This document shows, one piece after another, positions 1 through 12,915 of a stretch of 64,000 nucleotides of DNA. The stretch is from Macrostomum lignano. Its lineage: Eukaryota. Made by a program: the position numbers and the translations under genes. Below the pieces are notes generated by a model, which saw only the letters and a program-made list of their open reading frames with translations, was not told where the DNA came from and did no database searches. The DNA lies in contig NIVC01001037.1 of the NCBI GenBank assembly GCA_002269645.1, positions 248,001 through 312,000 of the forward strand. Direction: 5' to 3'. Each line of letters opens with the position of its first letter. Positions within the stretch are counted from its first letter, which is position 1.

Positions 1-135
1 TTCCCCGGACCCTAGATCTTCCCCCGACCCTAGAGCTTCCCCCTGACCCTAGATCTTCCCCCCGACCCTAGATCTTACCGCCCCGACCCTAGATCTTCCC
101 CGGACCTTAGATCTTCCCCCTGACCCTAGATCCGC
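1..135. repeat. Minisatellite, ~19-20 bp unit (CCTAGATCTTCCCCC(C)GAC), intronic to the Ariadne gene
   Basis: About 6-7 imperfect tandem copies are visible at the window start and decay toward ~290. Confidence 0.85.
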
Positions 136-408
136 CCCACCTTAGATCTGCTCCGGCCTTAGATTCACCCAAAACCTAATTACGCCCCACAACAAATCCG
201 CTCCCACTAAAAAAATGTCCCACACTGAATCCGCCCCCGAACTTGATCCGCCCCAGCCTTCGTGTAGATCCGCCCAATCCTGGATTCTTCCATCTCTAAA
301 CCTGCTGCGCAGTCCCCGCTAGCCCACAATCCGGCCAGCCCACCGTCAGCGATTCCCCTACTCGCTCACCTAACCACCATTTCGCCCGTTCGCTGCCTCC
401 TCCAACAG

Positions 409-2430
409 GACTGGCACGAGCCCATCAGCTGCTCCATGCTGCGCCGCTGGCAGCAGAAGAACGCAGGCGAATCGATGAGCACGCAGTGGTTCATGGCCAA
501 CACCAAGGAGTGCCCGAAATGCCACGCAACAATAGAAAAGAACGGCGGCTGCAATCACATGAAATGCCGCAATGCCACCTGCAATCACGAATTCTGCTGG
601 GTCTGCATGGACGACTGGCAGCCGCACGGCAAAGAGTGGTACAACTGCAATCGGTGAGACTTTAGTAAACTACTGTTAGTAGCCATAACCTAAAATCAGC
701 GCCCCCTCATTGGAGAACCAACAAATAATGGAATACATTTTTTAATAAACTAAATGTAGCTTTTCACCTCAGCCTTGACATCTCAAAAATTTCCCAATAA
801 GCCTTGATATCTAAGAAATTCCCATATGAGTCTTGATATCTAAGAAATTCCCATATGAGTCTTGATATCTCAGCAATTCCCCGTGAACATTGATATTTTA
901 GCAATTCCCCTCCTATGAGCCTTGATATTTTAGCAATTCCCCTGCTATGAGCATTGATATCTCAGCAATTCCCCTCTCATGAGCCTTGATATCTCAGCAA
1001 TTCCCCTCCTATGAGCCTTGATATCTCAGCAATTCCCCTCCTATGAGCCTTGATATCTCAGCAATTCCCCTCCTATGAGCCTTGATATCTCAGCAATTCC
1101 CCTCCTATGAGCCTTGATATCTCAGCAATTCCCCTCCTATGAGCCTTGATATCTCAGCAATTCCCCTCCTATGAGCCTTGATATCTTAGCAATTCCCCTC
1201 CTATGAGCCTTGATATCTCAGCAATTCCCCTCCTATGAGCCTTGATATCTCAGCAATTCCCCCGTGAGCCTTGATATCTCAGCAATTCCCCCGTGAGCCT
1301 TGATATCTCAGCAATTCCCCCGTGAGCCTTGATATTTTAGCAATTCCCCCGTGAGCCTTGATATTTTAGCAATTCCCCCGTGAGCCTTGATATCTCAGCA
1401 ATTCCCCCGTGAGCCTTGATATTTTAGCAATTCCCCCGTGAGCCTTGATATCTCAGAAATTCCCCCGTGAGCCTTTATATTTTAGCAATTCCCCCGTGAG
1501 CCTTGATATCTCAGCAATTCCCCTCCGTGAGCCTTGATATCTCAGCGATTCCCCCGTGAGCCTTGATATCTCAGCAATTCCCATATGAGCCTTGATATCT
1601 CAGCAATTCCCCTCCTATGAGCCTTGATATCTCAGCAATTCCCCTCCTATGAGCCTTGATATCTCAGCAATTCCCCCGTGAGCCTTGATATCTCAGCAAT
1701 TCCCCCGTGAGCCTTGATATCTCAGCAATTCCTCCCTCCTTAGTTTTTAAGACATTTGAATATTAAACTTAATTTAATTGGCATTGGAAATTATGGGAAA
1801 TTTTGAGTAAGGTTGTATCTGCCGATATGTATCGATAATGCACATAATAGCCAGCTGTCTCCCTGCTGTTTCAATCTTGTGAACCCTGTATAACTCTTTC
1901 TCAGCTTCGACGAAGAGCGAGCGGAGCGCGTCCGCCGGCAGCAGGCGCTGTCCCGCAACTACCTGTCCCGCTACCTGCACTACTACGACCTGTACATGAA
2001 CCATTTGAAATCGCTGGAGTTCGAGGCCCGCCTGCAGGAGACGGTGCACTCCAAGATGGACGAGATGCAGTACCACGGGCTCAGCTGGATCGAGGTGAAG
2101 TTCCTCCGCGACGCTGTAGCCGTCCTGTGCAACTGCCGGCGGGTGCTCATGTACACCTACGTGTTCGCCTACTACCTGAAGCCCAGCAATCAGCAGAAAA
2201 TCTTCGAGGACAATCAGCGAAATTTGCAATTAGCCACGGAAGATCTCAGCGAGGTGCTGGAACGGGAAATACAGCTGGAGGATGTTGCCCAGCTCAAGCG
2301 GCTGGTGCAGGACAAGTTCCGGTTCTGCGAGACCCGCTCCGCCGCCCTGCTGGATCACGTGTACGAGGGCTACCGCATGTCTTGCTGGGACTTCGAGTTT
2401 CACGAAGGCTTAAAGCTTAATTTGGCTTGA
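409..2430 (+). CDS. ARIH1: Ariadne-family RBR E3 ubiquitin ligase (ARIH1-like), last two exons: 409..653, 1905..2430; 5' part lies outside the window
   Basis: Exon 409..653 (acceptor ccaacAG, donor GTGAG) encodes the end of IBR and RING2: [32 protein letters not shown]...WYNCNR, with the catalytic GGCNH Cys intact. A phase-2 junction leads to exon 1905..2430 (tttctcAG), which encodes the Ariadne domain ([26 protein letters not shown]). The joined 771 nt is a multiple of 3. Confidence 0.93.
770..1736. repeat. Intronic minisatellite, 29-32 bp unit (GAGCCTTGATATCTCAGCAATTCCCC[TCCTAT/CGT])
   Basis: About 30 tandem copies fill most of the last ARIH1 intron. Confidence 0.95.
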
Positions 2431-2574
2431 GTAGTACTTCTCAGCCTAATGCTTGTCGTGTACGATTGTTCAAAATATTGACACCCGATTTTTGAATTGA
2501 AATTTAATACAGTCGCGTTGGTCTTGCTGCCCGATTGACGATGTAAAAAGCAGCTTGAAAGGTTAATTAGTCCC

Positions 2575-3010
2575 CTTAGCAACAGTAGCTTCCCCTTAGC
2601 AACTGATGCATTCCCTTAGCAACTGTAGCTTCCCTTAGGAACTGAATCATTACCTTAGCAACAGTAGCTTCCCATTAGCAACAGTAGCTTCCCCTTAGCA
2701 ACAGTATCCTCATTTAGCAACAGTATCCTCCCTTAACAACAGTATCCTCCTTTAGCAACAGTATCCTCCTTTAGCAACAGTATCCTCCTTTAGCAACAGT
2801 ATCCTCCTTTAGCAACAGTATCCTCATTTAGCAACAGTATCCTCCTTTAGCAACAGTATCCTCCTTTAGCAACAGTATCCTCCTTTAGCAACAGTATCCT
2901 CATTTAGCAAATGTATCCTCCCTTAACAACAGTATCTTCCCTCAGCAACAGTATCCTCCTTTAGCAACTGTATCCTCCCTTAGCAACAGTAGCTTCGCTT
3001 AGCAACAGCC
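2575..3010. repeat. Minisatellite, 19-20 bp unit (TTAGCAACAGTATCCTCCT)
   Basis: About 20 tandem copies just downstream of the ARIH1 stop codon. Confidence 0.95.
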
Positions 3011-3689
3011 TTTATCAAGTCAGTATTGATATCGTTAGTTTCGTAGACCAGTCAGCCTGTTAATAATTGCTTGGCGCAAAAAATTGCGCAGGACGTTTTT
3101 CCTCTGATGACTGAAATTTCCTCATCGCTTATCTAACCAGCATTGATGATTGTCGCTTTTGCTCGCTTGCATCGTAAATATGACTACTAAATTAATTTGT
3201 ACCCATCTCTTTTTATCCGTTTGTTTGGCTATATTTAATCCATTTCTCCCAGTCATCTTTGCGTACTGTCAGTAGACATCAACGCGCACAATGTCACAAG
3301 CTTTTGCACGGTTAAAATCATGAGAATTTATCATTGAATGTCTGCAGTACTGGATAAACAGACTTCGCTTTCTTATTATTTGAGTTTCTCCCTATTGCGT
3401 GTCATCCGTTTTCACCAGTCGCTACTTACTTAGTAGAGATGCAAGTTTTATACAACTATATTTGCTTATTCAGACCGGCAATAGGAGTCTCGCTTGCGCA
3501 ATATAATATATGCAGAATTAGTTAATGTCTTCCTTTTGCTACTCTGCATTGGCCACCGTTCCCTCGCTGTCTGTGCCGCGTCTTCAGCTGCTAAAAAAAG
3601 CTATGCTAACATTTGGTTTTAATTTATACTATGCTGACCCATCCCATTAGTATGATTTTCTTGCTTGGGTTATAACCAATCATACTACC

Positions 3690-4235
3690 CACCACCTCAC
3701 GCCAAACCCCTGCCCCAGACCCACCACCTCACGCCAAACCCCTTCCCCAGACCCACCACCTCACGCCAAACCCCTTCCCCAGACCCACCACCTCACGACA
3801 TCCCCCTGCCCCAGACCCACCACCTCACGCCAACCCCTGCCCCAGATCCACCACCTCACGCCAACCCCTGCCCCAGACCCACCACCTTAGGCCAAACCCT
3901 GCCCCAGACCCACCACCTCAGACCAAACCTGGCCCAGACCCACCACCTCACACATGCCAACCTCTGTCCAAGACCCACCACCTCACGCCAACCCCTGCCC
4001 CAGACCCACCACCTCAGGCCAAACCCTGCCCCAGACCCACCACCTCAGACCAAACCTGGCCCAGACCCACCACCTCAAGCCAACCCCTGCCCCAGACCCA
4101 CCACCTCACGCCAACCCCCTGCCCCAGACCCACCACCTCACGCACGCCAACCCTTGCCCCAGACCCACCACCTCACGCACGCCAACCCCTGCCCCAGACC
4201 CACCACCTCACGCCAAACCCTGCCCCATACCCACC
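3690..4235. repeat. C-rich minisatellite, ~30-31 bp unit (CCCTGCCCCAGACCCACCACCTCACGCCAA)
   Basis: Tandem copies are directly visible and explain the Pro-rich ORFs at 3665..4369. Confidence 0.93.
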
Positions 4236-4977
4236 AACTCACACCAATTCCGATTTATTTTAGTGGTATGAAGTTTAATTTCCACAATAATATTTTTAAT
4301 TGTAACTACTCCTTTGCAAATAAAGCCGCCCTTTCTTATATAGTGAATAAATATAATTTATGCTTGTAAAATTATCTAATAACAGTGCAGTAAGTACTGA
4401 CTCGTGTTTTAAATTGATATAAAAAAATCAAACACATTGTAAACTGCTTGGCGTCTGATTTCGCCTCAAAATATGATTGATTCATATTGTTGAAAAAAAC
4501 GCACGTTTGCTGATATTCGCTTATAATTCTACTATTTTGTGTCAGTAGCATGCAGTGCGTATGCTACCCTAGAATTTACTTATATAGCCATGTTTTCATG
4601 CATAGTTGTTGCAGACATTCAGATTTAGTGTTTGAGATTCGTATGCTCATGCGCGCTCACCCTCCCTATATTGCTGTTAGCCTGTGACCTGTCGCTATCA
4701 CCCTGTCTATACGCTGTACCCAATGAATATGTCTGCTTACAACCGGCAATTGAAACTTTCGAAGCCACCATCCGACTCTAATTGCTGTCCATTGAATTAA
4801 TTCACTTTTTGTAAACCGAAAGATTAATAATTAGTGAAATATAATCATATATATACTGTGGTTCTAATGGACAGCGGCTATTTGTGCCATTTTGTCTTTC
4901 CTGCACTTGCTAATTGGCTTTCACTTCCACCAATTGATTCTGGTTGCTGAATTTTATTGCCGAGTGCTCAACTGGCT

Positions 4978-5480
4978 GCCTCTCCCTGCTGCACTCTACT
5001 TCTCTACCTACCTCTCCTTGCCACACTCTACCTCTCTACCTGCCTCTCCCTGCCGCACTCTACTTCTCTACCTACCTCTCCCTGCCGCACTCTACTTCTC
5101 TACCTACCTCTCCTTGCCACACTCTACCTCTCTACCTGCCTCTCCCTGCCGCACTCTACTTCTCTACCTACCTCTCCCTGCCGCACTCTACTTCTCTACC
5201 TACCTCTCCCTGCCGCACTCTACTTCTCTACCTACCTCTCCTTGCCACACTCTACCTCTCTACCTGCCTCTCCCTGCCGCACTCTACTTCTCTACCTACC
5301 TCTCCCTGCCGCACTCTACTTCTCTACCTACCTCTCTCTGCCGCACTCTACTTCTCTACCTGTCTCTCCCTGCCGCACTCTACTTCTCTTTCTCCCTTTG
5401 ATTGCCCCACTCTGCTACAGTTCTCTATTTCCCTCTCCCAGTCCCACTCTACTTCTCTACCTACCTCTCCTTGCCAAACT
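4978..5480. repeat. Pyrimidine-rich minisatellite, 32 bp unit (CTCTCCCTGCCGCACTCTACTTCTCTACCTAC)
   Basis: About 14 tandem copies. Confidence 0.93.
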
Positions 5481-6051
5481 CTACTGGCTACTGTCTAGTT
5501 CCTCCTGTCTGCCCTAACCCTCACTCTTCATCTCCACCTCTACTCCTCTGTCAGCCGCTCCCGTCACATCTCAAAGCATAATTGAGCCGCACGGCTTCTC
5601 AAGTTTCTCTATCATGTTTGGCAGTAGTGACCGCCGGCGAGGATTCGCCCGTCACCCCCTCCCCATCTGTGCGGACAGCTGCATGCCTGCGGTCACCCTC
5701 ATCGGCTGCCCAGCTCCCCTCCCCAGTCGGCGGCGGCAGCTCGGCCCATCGAGTTGAATAATTAAAACTATCGATTACCGCCCGGCCTGAAGCCCCCAAC
5801 TGGCCGAGACGCGGCCGCCGGAGTCGTAAAAAAAGCAAGATGGAGGGGGGAGGAAAAGAAAGAAAGCAGCTTAGCTGCTGGGCTTGGGTGGCCGTTAGGC
5901 CTCTGCTGCCTTCGTCCGCTGAGCCTGCTGGGTCTCGTTAGCAGCTCCGGGGCTGCTGCTTTCTGCTCCTTTTAACCTTGGTGGTTGGCAGCTGCTGCTG
6001 CAGCTGCTCGTCAGGTGGCTTATGGCCATGGTCATGCAAAAGCCGCCTGTG

Positions 6052-6079
6052 CTTGTCTGTCTGCCTGTCTGTCTGTCTG

Positions 6080-6112
<33 letters not shown>

Positions 6113-6245
6113 GTCTGTCTGTCTGTGTCTGTCTGTCTGTCTGTGTCTGTCTGTCTGTCTGTGTCTGTCTGTCTATCTGTATGTCTGTGTCTGTCTGTCT
6201 GTCTGTCTGTCTGTGTCTGTCTGTCTGTCTGTCTTAGTGTCTGCC

Positions 6246-6298
<53 letters not shown>

Positions 6299-6301
6299 TA
6301 G

Positions 6302-6335
<34 letters not shown>

Positions 6336-6430
6336 AGTGTCTGTCTGTCAGTCCTTCTGTCTGTGTCTGTCTGTTTGTCTTTCTGTCCCTCTCCCAGCCT
6401 CTGTCTGCCTACGCGCCTTTCTGTCTTTTT
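6052..6430. repeat. (GTCT)n microsatellite with interruptions
   Basis: Directly visible tetranucleotide array. Confidence 0.95.
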
Positions 6431-7424
6431 CCACTCGTATGTCTCTATCTATTTCTGCACGTCTCTGCCAGCCGCAGAAGCAGTTGATGAAATTTGCACG
6501 ACGGCATTCAATCCAAAAACGGCAGCACGGGCGAAGCGGCCCCAGAGCTCCCATCAGATTCCTAGAAACAAACACCCGCTGTAACTTGCCTCTGATCTCG
6601 CAATTCCATTAGGACTGGGTGATTGCACTGGACAGTTCTCAGTTCCTAAATCGAAAAATCATTTTAAAAATCGCTAATTGCCTTGTTTGCTCTGCTCAGG
6701 AACTTCACCGTTGAGATGGAAAGCCTATTCTCAGGCGGATCTCCATGCTTTCGTGTCCGCTCGATTTCCATGGGAAATCTCCCCAGACCCCGCTGTGCCA
6801 GCTAGGAGTGGCTGCCAGCTGCTGTGGGAGCCCGGCCTCCCCCCTCAGTCTCCCATGGCCGGCTCCGTCGCATCGGGAAATATTGACTGCAAGCAGCAAA
6901 AGCAGAAGACTCTTCTTCGATTTCCTGCAGCATGCAAGCAATGGACACTGCGATTCTGCCATTTCGCTGCTTCAAGGAGGGATGAGGAACTTTATTTCTT
7001 GGTGATGAACAGTTCTTGCCATGCAGCTAGCAAAAATTACCAAGTTCTTTGCATACTAATGCGCCTCTCTGCGGACTGCATCATCTTTTTTCTGTCTCTC
7101 ACTGTCTGTCTGTCCGCCAGCCTCTCTAATTTCTGCTACGCAAGGCAGCTCGCATTATCGATTTATCGACATTGGGGGTGAGGGGTTGGGTAGAGAGGCT
7201 TTGGGGGTGCGGACTCTGCATTGGGCCTCCCGCGACCCTCAGATCCCCTCAGATCGCCCAGTCTGTCTCTTTGTAGCTTTTTTTAATTCGCAGATCTGAT
7301 GCTGCTTTTGGCTGAATGCTGCATGGTCTGCGCAACTTGCTGTCGCTGCCGTCAGATTTTAAATGTTTCACTAATCGCGCTTCCGTTTACACAGCCTTTT
7401 CAGTTTGCAACTCTTACCTTTTTC

Positions 7425-7975
7425 CATCACTCACCTGTATCTTCTGTCACTCACCTGTATCTTCTATCACTCACCTGTATCTTCCGTCACTCACCTGTAT
7501 CTTCTGTCACTCACCTGTATCTTCTATCACCCACCTGTATCTTCTGTCACTCACCTGTATCTTCTGTCACTCACCTGTATCTTCTATCACTCACCTGTAT
7601 CTTCTGTCACTCACCTGTATCTTCTGTCACTCACCTGTATCTTCTGTCACTCACCTGTATCTTCTATCACCCACCTGTATCTTCTGTCACTCACCTGTAT
7701 CTTCTGTCACTCACCTGTATCTTCTATCACTCACCTGTATCTTCCGTCACTCACCTGTATCTTCTGTCACTCACCTGTATCTTCTGTCACTCACCTGTAT
7801 CTTCTGTCACTCACCTGTATCTTCTATCACTCACCTGTATCTTCCGTCACTCACCTGTATCTTCTGTCACTCACCTGTATCTTCTGTCACTCACCTGTAT
7901 CTTCCGTCACTCACCTGTATCTTCTGTCACTCACCTGTAAATTCCGTCACTCACTTGTATCTTCTGTCACTTACT
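7425..7975. repeat. Minisatellite, 20 bp unit (TCACCTGTATCTTCTGTCAC)
   Basis: About 27 near-perfect tandem copies. Confidence 0.96.
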
Positions 7976-8684
7976 TCTATACTCTTATTACTAGTATCTA
8001 ACTACCTTTCCAAAAGATTTCGGCAGCTTTTCAGGCATTGGAAAAAGATGTTAATTAGGCTAATATGACATCATGGATCAGAGGGAGGACAGTTTTACAG
8101 CTAATTCATGCTGTCAAAAGTTCTTTAACAACGAAGACGACAGTCAGAAGCCAGGAGCGCACGGTGCCAGATTAAATTGTAGCGATTTTAGCTTCAGAAA
8201 GTTGGGGATTTTAAGCTGGGGATTGCGTGCTCTGCTGCCCCCCCCCCCGCGCCCATCCCAGCTCCCTTTAACTCCATCCGGACCGATTGTCTCTCGAGTT
8301 ACCTCTCACCTGACTCTCCCCTAAGCCCCCCTTTGCCCCCTATTAGTCTCGGGATTCGAACCGAGAGGCCTAGGGGGAAAGACTCAATCGAAAGTCCATC
8401 TCAATCCGGTTTTGATCCGCTCGACTCTAATCTTCTTTCCCCACCTGTCCCGAGCTCTCAGTGGGTATTCGAAACTCGAATAGGCCTTCAAGCCCCGAGC
8501 TCGGTAGCCAATACGGCCGAAGGTTTGCATTTCAAGAGCCTGAGCTTTTGGTTTAAGAGGAAGGCAGGATGGAGAGGAGAGGCAGGAGAGCAGTGCCCGC
8601 CTCCCCACCACCTCATTGGTGTGCTTGTATCTGCCGATATGTAGCGTTGCTCATTTGACGTTATAAATTAAATGTCTCTTGAGT

Positions 8685-9650
8685 AGTGCCTATTGAGTCA
8701 TAGACATCTGGGCAGTGTCTATATTGAGTCATAGACATCTGGGCAGTGTCTATATTGAGTCATAGGCATTAGAGCAGTGTCTATATTGAGTCATAGACAC
8801 CCGGGCAGTGTCTATATTGAGTCATAGACATCTGGGCAGTGTCTATATTGAGTCATAGACATCTGAGCACTGTCTATATTGAGTCATAGACATCTGAGCA
8901 CTGTCTTTATTGAGTCATAGACATCTGGGCAGTGTCTATATTGAGTCATAGGCATTAGAGCAGTGTCTATATTGAGTCATAGACATCTGGGCAGTGTCTA
9001 TATTGAGTCATAGGCATTGGAGCAGTGTCTATATTGAGTCATATACATCTGAGCACTGTCTATATTGAGTCATAGACATCTGGGCAGTGTCTATATTGAG
9101 TCATAGACATCTGGGCAGTGTCTATATTGAGTCATAGATATCTGGGCAGTGTCTATATTGAATCATAGACATCTGGGCAGTGTCTATATTGAATCATAGA
9201 CATCTGAGCAGTGTCTATATCAGAGTCATAGGCATCTGAGCAGTGTCTATATCAGATTCATAGGCATCTGAGCAGTGTCTGTATTGAGTCATAGATATCT
9301 GGGCAGTGTCTATATCAGAGTCATAGGCATCTGAGCAGTGTCTATATCAGATTCATAGGCATCTGAGCAATGTCTGTATTGAGTCATAGATATCTGGGCA
9401 GTGTCTATATCAGAGTCATAGGCATCTGAGCAGTGTCTGTATTGAATCATAAACATTTGAGCAGTGTCTACCGGGTATATTGAATCATATGCATTTGAGC
9501 AGTGTCTATTGAGTCATAGACATCTGGGCAGTGTCTATATTGAGTCATAGACATCTGGGCAGTGTCTATATTGAGTCATAGATATCTGGGCAGTGTCTAT
9601 ATTGAGTCATAGACATCTGAGCAGTGTCTATACTAAGTCATAGACATCGG
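8685..9650. repeat. Minisatellite, 31 bp unit (ATTGAGTCATAGACATCTGGGCAGTGTCTAT)
   Basis: About 30 tandem copies, of which about 20 contain TGAGTCA. Confidence 0.95.
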
Positions 9651-10223
9651 AGCAGAAACTCAGAGACAGTGCTCAATTAGCTCAAGTAGAAGAGAACATT
9701 ACTTTTTAGGCATGCCAATATCTGAGCACTTGAAGCTAATTAACCTGATAAAATGAGCATCTCACCACACAGTAGTCAGAAGGCGGAGACAGGCAGTAAA
9801 GACAATGCGCCTGACCTCAGCCTCCGGATGGGAGGGGCACTGAAGGCCTCTGCCTCCACTCGCTATTTAAGAGACTTTCTCAGCGCAGGTCGCGGGGCGC
9901 CTTGCGCAAGTCAGCACCGTAGAATGAATGCGAGAGCAGCGGAACGGGACTGAAGCTTAGAGGTGGAGAAGGAGTGACAGTCCTCAGAGGTCGGGGCCGT
10001 TCCCCTCGATCAATAATTGATTTATTTTCCGGCTGCGTCACGGCCCGCTGCAGGGCCAACCAGCTGGGTCCGGAGCGGCAGCCAACCGGGCGTGGCTGCC
10101 GGAGCGAAGAAGAAGGAGCGGAGGGGGTCCGGAGGCGGGCGAGAACCGCCAAGCCGAGCACCTCAGCTGGCCCTGCTGTTGAACAGCGGCAAGCGTCAAC
10201 TTCAGCACGCCGTCACTTCACTT

Positions 10224-11230
10224 ATGCAGCTCCGGGCAGGTGGCCGCCTGCTGGCAGGCGTCCTGCTGACAGTCGGTCTGCTGCTCAGCGCAGCGACGCC
10301 GTCGTCAGTCAGTGTGCTGGCCGCCGTGGCCACCGGGGACGGCGGCGGCATCCGGCAGGGCGCAGCGGCCCCGAACTACACGAACATTGTTGACCGCATT
10401 GTGGAGAGCATCTTCCAGGGCTACAACAAGCACCAGCGTCCGGTGCCGGCCCGCCGCTCCCGGCCGGACGGCCGCATTGAGGAGGACTCCACCGTGGTGT
10501 TCGTCAACATGAAGATCCTCAGCATCAACAAGGTGGACGTGATCAACATGGAGTTCACGTTGGACATGTACCTGCGCCAGTACTGGAAGGACCACCGCCT
10601 CATGTGGAACCACAACCAGTTCCGCTTCTACAACGAGTCCATCGCCATTCCCGCCAAGAAGGAGAACCTCTGGCTGCCGGACCTGTTCTTCCGCAACGGC
10701 AAGGAGGGCTACCTGCACAAGATGACGCAGCCGAACTACCTGATCAGAGTGGACCCGGACGGCAGCATTCTGTACTCGCAGAAGGTGACCATGAAGTTCT
10801 CTTGCCAGATGCAGCTGCAGACGTTTCCTATGGACACGCAGACGTGCTACATCAACATCGGCAGCTACGGGTACACCACCAAGAACCTGGAGTTCCGCTG
10901 GCTGAAGGGCAAGAAGAGCCCCGTCGAGTTGGACTCTAGCATGCAGATCTCCGAGTTCAACACGCCCAAAAGTGTCAAGGTGATCGACTGCTCGAAAAGC
11001 AGCACCACCAGCACAGGCAGCTACGCGTGCCTGAAGGCCGTCTTCAAGCTGGAGCGGCAGCTGGGGAGCTACCTGTCCGCTACCTACATCCCCGCCATCT
11101 TGATCATCGCTGTGAGCTGGCTCAACTTCTGGATCAACGTTGAGGCCGTGCCCGCCAGGGTGTCTCTGGGGCTGCTCACCCTGCTGGGCATCCTCACCCA
11201 GGGCATGTCCGTCATCAACAACCTGCCCAG
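10224..11230 (+). CDS. Cys-loop ligand-gated anion channel (GluCl/GlyR-like), variable exon A: signal peptide, extracellular domain, M1, M2
   Basis: ATG 10224 starts a signal-peptide-like MQLRAGGRLLAGVLLTVGLLLSA. Motifs: LWLPDLFF, Cys-loop CQMQLQTFPMDTQTC, loop-C Cys pair, M1 YIPAILIIAVSWLNFW, M2 PARVSLGLLTLL. The exon ends at AG|GTGAGT (phase 2) inside LPR. Joined to 18459..18942 it gives a 496-aa ORF. Confidence 0.9.
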
Positions 11231-11284
11231 GTGAGTGGTGGAGTCTGAGCAGTTTTATAGCAAGGATTCTCAATCTTGATTTGG

Positions 11285-11545
11285 ATGGAACTCTCCATCC
11301 TGGTTGGGGGTCCTTGGGGAATCTCCATCCTGGTTGGGGGTCCTTGGGGAATCTTCATTTTGGTTGAGTGTTCTTGTGGGAATCCCCATCCTTGTTGGGT
11401 GTGACTTGTGAATCTCCATCCTGATTGGTGTCACTGGGGAATCTCCATCCTGGTTGGGTGTCCTTGTGAGAATCTTGGGTGTCCTTGGTGAATCTCCATC
11501 CTTGTTGGGCGTCCTTAGGGAATCTCCATCTTCGTTTGGTGTCTT
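11285..11545. repeat. Degenerate ~29 bp minisatellite (AATCTCCATCCTGGTTGGGTGTCCTTGGG)
   Basis: About 8 imperfect copies just after the exon A donor. Confidence 0.8.
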
Positions 11546-12397
11546 TGAGAGAGTTTAGATTTCTTGGCTATTGGCAAAACGCAGTCAATGTCAGCATTCT
11601 CTGCACCGCCTAAGCTGTTATGACTTTTCATTAGAAGTTCTTCCCAAATATTAAAAGAATTATTGTAATATTTTCACTCTCAATGTCGCGCGCTGAGCCA
11701 CTAGAGAGAGCGAGAGAGCTCACAGCACACCAGGTGAGCAGGGGACGGTGGGGACCCCTTGCTGAGAAGGCAGGAGGAAAAAGCAAAACTTCACCTCCAC
11801 ACTTCTCAGCGGTAGTGGGAGGGTCTGGGAGAAGAGTGGAGAGCATAGTGGCCTTGAGAAGCTAGAGAGTTGAGTAGCCAACAGTGCCGGTGAGACTTGC
11901 GCCATCTTGCGGTCTCCGCCACTCTCCTCAGCTCTCCGCCTCCGCCGCTAACGCCAGGCAAATTGAAAAAGTCTCAGTCCAATCTCGCTGGGAAATGGAG
12001 CTCTGGAGTGAGTTAGTTACCCGGGGAGTCACCGATGTGCTGTTCTCCATGCAGTTTTGAGTATGAGTCCTCGGACGAATAAGTGCGATATAAATAAAGC
12101 AAGGCTATGCATAGCGCTATGAGCCCTTGACGACCCACTTTGGGGACGGCCACTCGCTCCTGCACTGCGAGTCGCATTTCTGTCAGTATTGCCTGGGCCC
12201 GGAGACTGTCGGGCATGAGAGAATGAGTCTGCAAATTCAACAGGCTGTGGCGCAGGCTGAAATCAGTGGCAGCTTAGCAGGACCAAAATATGTTAGCAAA
12301 ATCTGAGTAGCCATGCACTGTTTTTCTGCTATATGGAATGATAGCATTCTATTAATCTATCTATTAATGACGATATTCTTGCAGTCTGAGTGTACAA

Positions 12398-12401
12398 CAA
12401 A

Positions 12402-12463
<62 letters not shown>

Positions 12464-12571
12464 GGACAGACACACAGACAGACGGACAGACAGACAGACA
12501 GACGGACAGACACTAAGACACTAAGGCACTAAGACACTAACTAAGACACTAAGACAGACATACAGACAGGC

Positions 12572-12623
<52 letters not shown>

Positions 12624-12780
12624 GGACAGACACACAGACAGACGGACAGACAGACAGACAGACGGACAGACACTAAGACACTAAGGCACTAAGACACTAA
12701 CTAAGACACTAAGACAGACATACAGACAGGCAGACAGACAGACAGACAGACACACAGATAGACGGACAGACGAACAGACA
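12398..12780. repeat. (GACA)n microsatellite containing a duplicated ~165 bp higher-order unit
   Basis: The block GACGGACAGACAC...CACTAAGACACTAAGGCACTAAG...CATACAG occurs twice. Confidence 0.9.
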
Positions 12781-12915
12781 AAGTGAGTCAAATACATACG
12801 GGTGTGTGGTCAGACGCATACATACGAGCTACATGGCGCAAAATGAGTCGGATAATGCGCAAAGGACTGGGTCAGTCAGTCTGACGCAGAGGAAAATGCT
12901 ACATCGTGTCAGAAA

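Noticed and set aside
6705-6962. Minus-strand ORF with a signal-peptide-like Leu run, and GC-rich patches at 5590..6050
   Set aside because: No identifiable domain, processing sites or consistent exon chain could be built.
7425-9650. Regular repeat arrays as CRISPR candidates
   Set aside because: The units are head-to-tail with no unique spacers, there are no cas genes, and the context is eukaryotic.
10017-10223. N-terminal 69 codons of the 405-aa ORF in the track
   Set aside because: It starts at a non-ATG codon. ATG 10224 directly precedes the signal peptide and is the better start.
10305-11273. Antisense or alternative-frame ORFs over real exons (also 14894..15508, 1774..2229, 35423..35866, 48410..48856)
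   Set aside because: These are shadow ORFs caused by GC3-rich codon usage on the coding strand.
11720-11905. CAAGATGGCG (YY1/Kozak-like) start and 61-aa minus-strand ORF between the channel exons
   Set aside because: No splice partner or homology, and it does not encode an M3-M4 segment on either strand.
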